Assembly: GCA_964601305.1 (NCBI GenBank)
Contig: CAZRMW010000006.1
Span: forward strand, 1-46,499
Reading direction: 5' to 3'
DNA: 46,499 nucleotides
Source: an uncultured Candidatus Saccharibacteria bacterium
GTDB lineage: Bacteria > Patescibacteriota > Minisyncoccia > JAHISW01 > Tagabacteraceae
Numbering within the stretch: the first letter of the stretch is position 1; every line of letters begins with the position of its first letter. Below the pieces are notes generated by a model, which worked only from the letters and a program-made list of their open reading frames with translations, made no database searches and was not told where the DNA came from. Of the stretch, positions 1 to 6,694 are shown piece after piece. The position numbers were made by a program, and so were the translations under genes.

Positions 1-71
1 GCGGGTATAGTTTAGTGGTAAAATCTCTGCCTTCCAAGCAGATGACGGGAGTTCGATTCCCCCTACCCGCA
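1..71 (+). tRNA. tRNA-Gly (anticodon TCC). The acceptor stem pairs gcgggta with tacccgc, the anticodon loop reads cttccaa, and the T-loop is ttcgatt. CCA is not encoded.
   Basis: Cloverleaf folded by hand: 7-bp acceptor stem, anticodon stem tctgc/gcaga, and a GTTCGATTCC T-arm motif. The T-stem has one A-C mismatch. Confidence 0.8.
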
Positions 72-84
72 CCCCGTAAAACAA

Positions 85-118
85 AAGACCCATAATCAAT
101 ACTGATTATGGGTCTTTT
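85..118 (+). terminator. Rho-independent terminator directly after tRNA-Gly.
   Basis: Perfect 14-bp inverted repeat aagacccataatca/tgattatgggtctt with a 4-nt loop, followed by a T-run. Confidence 0.7.
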
Positions 119-175
119 GTCACGGGGTAGGCTCGTGGTAAAATTATGAGAATAATTTTATTTTACGAGCCACAT

Positions 176-433
176 ATGTATTACGTTTATATATTACAAA
201 GCAAAAAAGACAATAAATTATATATAGGATACTCTGAAAATTTAAAAAAACGTTTCGAAGTCCACCAAAAAGGTAAAGTAAAATCGACAAAAAACAGATT
301 ACCTCTTGTTTTAATCTACTATGAAGCTTATATTACAAAACTTGATGCAAAAAAGAGAGAAGTTTTTCTAAAATCAGGGTCTGGACATAGATTCATCAAA
401 AAACAATTGGATAATTACTTTAAATCTCAGTAA
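176..433 (+). CDS. GIY-YIG nuclease-domain protein (small UPF0213/COG2827-like). The ORF track starts it at 146, but the likely start is the ATG at 176.
   Basis: MYYVYILQS...KLYIGYSENLKKRFEVHQKG carries the GIY/YIG and R..EH motifs. It is paralogous to the ORF at 23033..23272. The start at 176 is chosen because the paralogue begins MYYTYII. Confidence 0.75.
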   Translation: MYYVYILQSKKDNKLYIGYSENLKKRFEVHQKGKVKSTKNRLPLVLIYYEAYITKLDAKKREVFLKSGSGHRFIKKQLDNYFKSQ

Positions 434-510
434 CTTGTGACCAATTCCCCCAAATTTGTTTCATATGAAACCATTTATCTAAGAATAGCGAAGTGTTTTT
501 GGTACGAAAA

Positions 511-555
511 GCACCATAGAGTTGAAGCTATAGCTATAACTCTATGGTGCTTTTT
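511..555 (+). terminator. Rho-independent terminator downstream of the GIY-YIG gene.
   Basis: 11-bp perfect stem gcaccatagag/ctctatggtgc with an 18-nt loop, followed by ttttt. Confidence 0.6.
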
Positions 556-675
556 AACCACTTTAAGTTTTAATTACAAACAAAAAACTCCGGGTTTTTA
601 CACCTGAAGCTTGTTTTTTGTTCTATAAAATGCTAAAAAAATAAAAAAGATTCTTTAATAAACAAAGGGGGGGAA

Positions 676-921
676 ATGACAATTTCAATTTTTGGTTCTT
701 TTTTACTGTTATTGCTTGGTTTTTGTTTCATAATTTCCGGAATAATTTCATTGTCAACAATAGTTACACAAATCGCAGCCATCAACATAAACAAAATTTT
801 TGCTTTAAATGTGAAAATACCCTTCATCCCCATTAAATCACAGATTTTGTCTTCATTGTCTTTATCAACAAAGTTTACCATCGGTATTTTGATAATTAAA
901 GCAGGTTTACAATTGTGGTAA
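676..921 (+). CDS. Small hydrophobic membrane protein, 81 aa, about 2 TM helices.
   Basis: A strong RBS (aagggggggaa) sits 5 nt upstream of the ATG. A perfect terminator follows at 937-962 on the same strand. Confidence 0.55.
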   Translation: MTISIFGSFLLLLLGFCFIISGIISLSTIVTQIAAININKIFALNVKIPFIPIKSQILSSLSLSTKFTIGILIIKAGLQLW

Positions 922-936
922 ATAAGACAAAGACAA

Positions 937-962
937 GCCCCGGACACGAAGTCCGGGGTTTT
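937..962 (+). terminator. Rho-independent terminator.
   Basis: gccccggac-acgaa-gtccgggg followed by tttt. Confidence 0.7.
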
Positions 963-1180
963 AAATTACTTAACTCTTGATGCAAATTGTAAATGACCAG
1001 AAAAAAGATATGGCAAATGAAGAGAAAAACCCTAAAGGGTAAAAATTTCGTCAACGCGAACTATTGGAGAAGACCTCTCCGCTCGCCACATCTTTTATTA
1101 AACTTGTAATCTAGTTATTATTATATCGGACAAAAAAATATCTGCAAACACAAACCTGTGGATAACTGTCCAATAGAAAA

Positions 1181-1315
1181 CTATTGATATTTTGCGGATA
1201 TTTCTAAACGAGTACCGCAATAAGCACAATATCTTTTAAGTTCTCTTTCTCCAAATTTTTGTCTATATTTTTTACGACATTTTGGACATTGCCACACGGG
1301 CATTAAACTCTTCAT
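1181..1315 (-). CDS. Small zinc-ribbon protein, 44 aa (MKSLMPVWQCPKCRKKYRQKFGERELKRYCAYCGTRLEISAKYQ). It is below the ORF-track length cutoff.
   Basis: GGAGGTG RBS 5 nt upstream of the ATG. Two CxxC pairs (CPKC...CAYC). Confidence 0.45.
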   Translation of the reverse strand: MKSLMPVWQCPKCRKKYRQKFGERELKRYCAYCGTRLEISAKYQ

Positions 1316-1385
1316 GCAACACCTCCTTTAATTTTCAAACAGCTATTTATTAAAACTTATACTTTTTTATAAAAATAAACAATAA

Positions 1386-1667
1386 CTAAACTCTCTTTTC
1401 TGCTTTTTGATAAGCCACAGATCTGTGACCAATATAGAAAATTTTTATTATTCTTTTTTCGATACGAAAAATAACACGATAATTACCAACCCTTAATTTT
1501 CTATAACCTCTCAAAGATCTTCTTAGGGGTTTGCCAAATATTTCTGGAGAATTGGTAAGTTTTTCCTTAATAGCACTTTTTATTCTTTCCTTATTTTTAC
1601 TAGAAAGTTTAGATATATCTTCTTTCACAACAAGATAGTGATAAACTATTTCAAAATCTAAACCCAT
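1386..1667 (-). CDS. relE: RelE/ParE-family type II toxin.
   Basis: Family-typical motifs GKPLRRSLRGYRKLRVGNYRVIFRI and IGHRS. Its start overlaps the stop of the upstream RHH gene. Confidence 0.75.
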   Translation of the reverse strand: MGLDFEIVYHYLVVKEDISKLSSKNKERIKSAIKEKLTNSPEIFGKPLRRSLRGYRKLRVGNYRVIFRIEKRIIKIFYIGHRSVAYQKAEKRV

Positions 1668-1879
1668 GCTTTTTTATGAGAAACAAATTTAGCATCTGAA
1701 ACATCTCTTTTTGAAGCAATACTGTCCCATACTCGATCTTCTTCTATCTCCACAGCAACTCTAAGGAGCTCAGCTGCTTTGGTAGCCTGCGGAACCTGGT
1801 CACGAACAGAAAGCCTATCAAGTGCTTCTTCTAAAGATGCTGAAAGACTTATGTTTACTCTTTTTTTTGTTGTAGCCAT
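1658..1879 (-). CDS. Ribbon-helix-helix (CopG/ParD-like) antitoxin.
   Basis: N-terminal KKRVNISLSASLEEALD is typical of an RHH fold. It overlaps the RelE start by 10 nt, as expected for a TA operon. Confidence 0.65.
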   Translation of the reverse strand: MATTKKRVNISLSASLEEALDRLSVRDQVPQATKAAELLRVAVEIEEDRVWDSIASKRDVSDAKFVSHKKAWV

Positions 1880-1885
1880 ATGTAA

Positions 1886-1911
1886 AGTGTATCAAAAGTG
1901 TATCACTTTTG
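1886..1911. promoter_or_regulatory. Probable operator of the RHH/RelE operon: tandem agtgtatca repeats overlapping a perfect palindrome caaaagtg-tat-cacttttg.
   Basis: Read directly 7-30 nt upstream of the antitoxin start. This is the classic autoregulatory architecture. Confidence 0.5.
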
Positions 1912-2080
1912 TCAAACATTATACAAGAACCTATATGGATTTTTATATAATTAAACTTTTTTTTGACAGATATTGACTTTTATTGTTTTATTTGTTAGAC
2001 TTCACTTAGACTAATTGAAGACGAATAACAATTAAAGCCACGCCGCAAACTTTGTATGCAGGCGGGCAGGGAGGTGTATT

Positions 2081-2596
2081 TTGAAAACAGGGATAGTTGT
2101 ATTTGCGTTTGGTACGCCAGCGGAGATACCACCGAACAAAGCTCTTGCTATATCGGCAAGCAACGAAGCAAGAAGGTACGGCTTGGAAATTTTTACACAG
2201 GTAGATATTAAACCCTGGGAAGGAATTCTCTGTACCTACATCACCGAAAAAGAGGGGGAGCCACCGCCCACATGGCGCATCGCCAAATGGGCAGTAGAGC
2301 AAGCCATCAAGAAAGGGCTCAACAAGCTGTGGGTCTTCGCCGCAGCTCCTCACCGCTGGCGCTGTGTAAGGGACCTAAAAATGGCGATCAAGGAAGCCGG
2401 TATGGAAGAAAGAATTTCTATCAAAGTTTGGGAGCCTGACAAAAAACGGTCTCCCAACAAATACTGGTTTTCAGACAAATCCACCCAGCCACGCACCCAA
2501 TCGTGGCTGAAGTGGTGGATTCCACGGGAATTTCTTTTGAAATACTCACCACTGCGCATTTTTTTCCTTTACAAAATGATCCCGGGAAACAACTAG
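2081..2596 (+). CDS. Hypothetical protein, 171 aa, in a GC-rich (about 50%) segment. It probably starts at TTG with a GGGAGGTG RBS.
   Basis: Longest ORF in the 2000-2690 GC-rich block and the only one with an SD sequence. No family was recognised. Confidence 0.4.
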   Translation: MKTGIVVFAFGTPAEIPPNKALAISASNEARRYGLEIFTQVDIKPWEGILCTYITEKEGEPPPTWRIAKWAVEQAIKKGLNKLWVFAAAPHRWRCVRDLKMAIKEAGMEERISIKVWEPDKKRSPNKYWFSDKSTQPRTQSWLKWWIPREFLLKYSPLRIFFLYKMIPGNN

Positions 2597-2613
2597 TTTT
2601 GCCTTGGTACAAC

Positions 2614-2652
2614 AAAACCCCCCTAATCGAGCTTGGCTCGACGGGGGGTTTC
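2614..2652. terminator. Bidirectional hairpin between two convergent genes.
   Basis: aaacccccc...ggggggttt stem enclosing an inner stem tcgagc/gctcga. Confidence 0.45.
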
Positions 2653-2681
2653 GCATTTCGCCTTTCCGGAAAGACGAACGT

Positions 2682-2960
2682 TTATTGAGGTTTTACAGCC
2701 TCTTTTAGAGCCTTTGCTGCTCTAAACTTAGGAACTATAGTTGCCGCAACTTGGATAGGCTCTCCAGTTCTTGGGTTTCTTGCAGTTCTAGCAGCTCTGT
2801 CTTTTACAGAGAAAATACCAAAACCTGCAATAGAAACTTCGCCTCCTCCTTTTAGCTCGTCAACAATTCCTCCGAAAATTCCTTCAACAACTCTTTCAGC
2901 GTCAGCTTTACTGCCGCCAGTTATTTCAGCAACTTTCTCAACCATTGATGCTTTGTTCAT
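2682..2960 (-). CDS. hup: DNA-binding protein HU.
   Basis: MNKASMVEKVAE...GFGIFSVKDRAARTARNPRTGEPIQV matches the canonical HU arm. Confidence 0.9.
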   Translation of the reverse strand: MNKASMVEKVAEITGGSKADAERVVEGIFGGIVDELKGGGEVSIAGFGIFSVKDRAARTARNPRTGEPIQVAATIVPKFRAAKALKEAVKPQ

Positions 2961-3093
2961 ATTGAATTAAGTCTTTAGTTTATTACTAATCTCGACACTG
3001 CCTACCGGCAGGCAGGCTTTTAAATAATAATTATATTATATCAGATTTAAAATAGTCAACAATAGCAACACTTACCGGGTGCACCCGGTAGTA

Positions 3094-4623
3094 TTACCGG
3101 GCATATTCTACAACCCTAGATTCTCTAATAACATTTACTTTAATTTCTCCGGGGAATTTTATCTCTTCTTCTATCTTTTTGGCTATATCTCTAGCTAATT
3201 TTTTAGCTTCATAGTCTGTAACCTTCTCTGGATTAACAAAAACCCTTATTTCTCGCCCTGCCTGTATAGCATATGTCCTTTCTACACCATCAAAAGAGTT
3301 AGAAATACCCTCAAGTTCCTCAAGCCTTCTTAAATAATTTTCTAATGTATCTCTTCTTGCACCGGTTCTTGAGGCAGAAACAGCATCTGCGGTTTGAATT
3401 ATTACAGATTCTAGGCTTGTATACGGATATTCTTCATGATGAGCTTCCATAGCTCTAATAATTTCTTCTTCTGCTCCAAATTTTTGTAAAATTCTCCTTC
3501 CTATTTCTACATGGGTACCTTGAATTTCATGATCTACTGCCTTACCAATATCGTGAAGGAGCCCTGCTTTTTTAGCTATAGCCACATTGCAGCCTACTTC
3601 TGAGGCTATCATTCCAGCAAAATGCGCTGTTTCCACAGAATGCCTTAAGACATTTTGCCCATAACTAACTCTAAAATACAATCTACCCAAAAGCATAAGT
3701 ATTCTTGGGTCTAAATCAAATATACCTACTTCGTACGCGGCCTCCTCTCCTTTTGCTTTTATTATTTTTTCTACCTCTTTCTTGGCTTTTTGAGTCATTT
3801 CCTCAATTCTAGCGGGTTGAATACGCCCATCTAAGATGAGGTTTTCTAAGGCTATCTTTGCAATTTGTCTACGGACAGGATCAAAGCTAGAAATAACCAC
3901 AGAGCCTGGAGTGTCGTCTACAATAATTTCAACTCCTGCAGCTCTTTCAAGCGCACGTATGTTTCTACCTTCTTTACCGATAATTTTCCCTTTCAAATCG
4001 TCTGAAGAAATAGTAACTGACGAGGTAGTAACTTCCGAGGCAGTGGAAGAGGCCATCCTTTGAATTGAAGAAACTAAAATCTCTTGGGCCTTGCTTCCTA
4101 TTTGTTCCCCGCCTGCTGTTTCTAGTTTTTTCATTCTCAAAAGTAAGTCTTCTTGGTATTTATCTTCCAATTCTTTGAGAAGTTCGTCTTTTGCTTGATT
4201 TTCTGACAATTTTGCTACTCTTTGAAGTTCCTCGCGCTTCTTTTCTCCTACAACCTTGAGTTTTTCTTGGACTTTTTTTATTTCTTCAATCTTTTTCTTG
4301 TTGTTTTTTACATCGTTTTCTACCTCTTGGCGTCTTTTTTCAAGCATTTCTTCTTTTCTAGAAATACCTTCTTCTCTTTTTCTGACCTGAGAGACAACAG
4401 ATCTTTCTTCTTTTTTGGCAGCCTCAACAATAGCCTCTGCTTTTTTAGAGGCTTCTTCTGATATGGTCTGGGCTTTTGCTTTAGTGTCGACTAGGAGTTG
4501 TTTTATTTTTAGCTCGATTGAGCTTTTCCTTTGTAAAACTATTAAATGACGAAGAAAATAACCTAAAACCCCTCCAAACACCACAGAAACCACAGCCACT
4601 CCTAAAAGTGTTTGTAAATTCAT
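3094..4623 (-). CDS. rny: Ribonuclease Y.
   Basis: N-terminal TM helix, coiled coil, KH domain (GKIIGKEGRNIRALE) and HD domain (LLHDIGK, HHEEYPYTS). Confidence 0.9.
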   Translation of the reverse strand: MNLQTLLGVAVVSVVFGGVLGYFLRHLIVLQRKSSIELKIKQLLVDTKAKAQTISEEASKKAEAIVEAAKKEERSVVSQVRKREEGISRKEEMLEKRRQEVENDVKNNKKKIEEIKKVQEKLKVVGEKKREELQRVAKLSENQAKDELLKELEDKYQEDLLLRMKKLETAGGEQIGSKAQEILVSSIQRMASSTASEVTTSSVTISSDDLKGKIIGKEGRNIRALERAAGVEIIVDDTPGSVVISSFDPVRRQIAKIALENLILDGRIQPARIEEMTQKAKKEVEKIIKAKGEEAAYEVGIFDLDPRILMLLGRLYFRVSYGQNVLRHSVETAHFAGMIASEVGCNVAIAKKAGLLHDIGKAVDHEIQGTHVEIGRRILQKFGAEEEIIRAMEAHHEEYPYTSLESVIIQTADAVSASRTGARRDTLENYLRRLEELEGISNSFDGVERTYAIQAGREIRVFVNPEKVTDYEAKKLARDIAKKIEEEIKFPGEIKVNVIRESRVVEYAR

Positions 4624-4778
4624 ATTCGTTTTTTGTTTTTATTCCAATGGTATTGATCATACCGCTAATAACTTAATATAGCTTAACCATATCAGATTTT
4701 GGGTTTGTTGTAAAGTTCTCGACAAAAAAAGGCTAATATGCTATACATAATTTAAACCTTAATAATAATGGAGGGGAG

Positions 4779-5006
4779 ATGAGAAAAGATCCGTTTTTAA
4801 AACTAGGCATTTTGGGAGGACTCGTAACATGGATTATTGTGGGAATGCTAGAAGTATCAAAATTTTCTGATACCTTTGGAATAGGAATAGGTTTAATGAT
4901 AATGATTGCAGGAGCAGCTGCAGAGACCGTAAAAGCGATAGACAGAAACACAGAGGCACAAAACAAACTTCTAGAAAATTGGTTAAAAGAATTCGGAGAA
5001 GAATAA
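4779..5006 (+). CDS. Small membrane protein, 75 aa.
   Basis: GGAGGGGAG RBS upstream. A terminator follows at about 5039-5060. Confidence 0.5.
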   Translation: MRKDPFLKLGILGGLVTWIIVGMLEVSKFSDTFGIGIGLMIMIAGAAAETVKAIDRNTEAQNKLLENWLKEFGEE

Positions 5007-5038
5007 TCAACTTATTCTAAAAAACACTGAATTTACAA

Positions 5039-5060
5039 ATCCGCGCAAGCGGGTTTTTTT
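5039..5060 (+). terminator. Short hairpin followed by a T7 run.
   Basis: ccgc-gcaa-gcgg followed by ttttttt. Confidence 0.5.
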
Positions 5061-5074
5061 ATTTATGGTATAAT

Positions 5075-6640
5075 GTGACCATGACAAAGCCTCTGGCATT
5101 AATTATCTTAGATGGATTTGGATACGACAAAAGAGCCACGGAGTCTCCGTGGCAACTTGCCAAGCATCCAAACTTTTCTGAAATAGAAAAGTGGTATCCA
5201 TTTACTACTCTTCAAGCATCCGGACTTGCAGTGGGCCTGCCATGGGGAGAAGAAGGCAATAGCGAGGTGGGCCACCTTACTATGGGCTCTGGAAAAATCA
5301 TCTACAACCACCTGCCACGCATAATAATGTCTATAAACGAAGGTACTTTCGACAAAAATGAAGCCTTTGTTGAAGCGGCCGAGCATATCGGAAAAACTGG
5401 TGGAAATTTGCACATTATGGGGCTTTTTTCCTCTGGATCTGTGCATGCCTACATAGACCACCTCTATGCACTCCTAGATTTTTCTAAAATAAACAAACTA
5501 AAAACGTATTTACATCTTTTTACAGATGGTCGAGACGCCCCGCAAAATGAGGCAGGTAATTTTACAAAACAACTAGAAGAAAGGCTCGAAAAATATCATC
5601 CGAACATAAAAATTTCTTCAGTAGTAGGACGCCGTTTTGCTATGGACAGAGATGAAAAATGGGATTTTACAGAGAAAACTTACAAATTGTTGACAGAAAA
5701 AAGGGGAGAAGAATACGAACTCGCCTCTATTTATATTGAAAAGAATTATAAAAACGGAAAAACTGACGAATTTATAGAGCCTGGATTTTCTAAAGAAGGG
5801 GAGTCTATAAAAAATGGAGATGCTGTAATATTTTTCAACTACAGAGAAGACAGTGCTAGGCAAATAACCTCTGCTTTTGTAAAAGATGGATTTGATAAAT
5901 TTGAAAGAAAAAAAATTGCCAATCTTAAGTTCGTTTCTATGACACAGTACGACGAAAAACTTCCCACAACAATTGCTTTTCCTCCTATTACCGTAAAAAA
6001 TCCACTCTCAAAAATTATATCTTCAACCAGCCTTAGACAACTACACATTGCTGAAACAGAAAAATATGCACATATTACCTACTTTTTTAATGGTGGGACA
6101 GAAAAACCATTTGAAAACGAGGAAAGGGCGCTGATACCATCTCACCAAACTCCACACTACGACGAAACGCCAGAAATGTCCGCCCAAAAAATAACAAACA
6201 AAGTATTAGAGAGCCTGGGTAGCTATGATTTTTTTGTAATAAATTTTGCCAACGCCGATATGGTAGGGCACACAGGTAATTTTGAAGCTTGTATAAAAGC
6301 AATAGAAACTTTAGACAAACAGATAGGTCAAATCGTTCCTAAAATTTTAGAAGTTGGAGGGTCTGCCATCATTACATCCGACCATGGCAATGTAGAAGAA
6401 AAAATGTACAAACTAACCGGCGAAAAAATGACGAAGCACACCACCAACCCTGTGCCTTTCTATCTTATTGGTAAAGATTGGCAGAAAAACACCGCCGCAA
6501 ACATAGAAGAAATTGCAAATTCCTACAAAGAAGTAAATGGCACGCTTACAGATGTAGCACCAACCATCTTAGAAATTTTGGGCACACAAAAACCAGAAGA
6601 AATGAGCGGAAAGAGCTTAATTTCTAAGTTGAAAACATAA
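5075..6640 (+). CDS. gpmI: 2,3-bisphosphoglycerate-independent phosphoglycerate mutase. The listed start is GTG at 5075. The ATG at 5081 sits 6 nt after a TATAAT box, which suggests a leaderless transcript.
   Basis: LALIILDGFGY and NSEVGHLTMGSGKIIYN are iPGM signatures. Confidence 0.9.
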   Translation: MTMTKPLALIILDGFGYDKRATESPWQLAKHPNFSEIEKWYPFTTLQASGLAVGLPWGEEGNSEVGHLTMGSGKIIYNHLPRIIMSINEGTFDKNEAFVEAAEHIGKTGGNLHIMGLFSSGSVHAYIDHLYALLDFSKINKLKTYLHLFTDGRDAPQNEAGNFTKQLEERLEKYHPNIKISSVVGRRFAMDRDEKWDFTEKTYKLLTEKRGEEYELASIYIEKNYKNGKTDEFIEPGFSKEGESIKNGDAVIFFNYREDSARQITSAFVKDGFDKFERKKIANLKFVSMTQYDEKLPTTIAFPPITVKNPLSKIISSTSLRQLHIAETEKYAHITYFFNGGTEKPFENEERALIPSHQTPHYDETPEMSAQKITNKVLESLGSYDFFVINFANADMVGHTGNFEACIKAIETLDKQIGQIVPKILEVGGSAIITSDHGNVEEKMYKLTGEKMTKHTTNPVPFYLIGKDWQKNTAANIEEIANSYKEVNGTLTDVAPTILEILGTQKPEEMSGKSLISKLKT

Positions 6641-6694
6641 AACGCGGTAAAAACTATATAGGTTTTACCGCGTTTGTCAAATTTTAAACGTTTT

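Noticed and set aside
633-947. 104-aa minus-strand ORF overlapping the 676..921 plus-strand ORF.
   Set aside because: The plus-strand ORF has a strong GGGGGG RBS and its own perfect terminator. The minus-strand ORF would start inside that terminator hairpin and is low-complexity.
2006-2615. Minus-strand ORFs (115, 69 and 64 aa) opposite the 2081..2596 gene.
   Set aside because: The same GC-rich artefact. Only the plus-strand ORF has an SD and spans the whole block.
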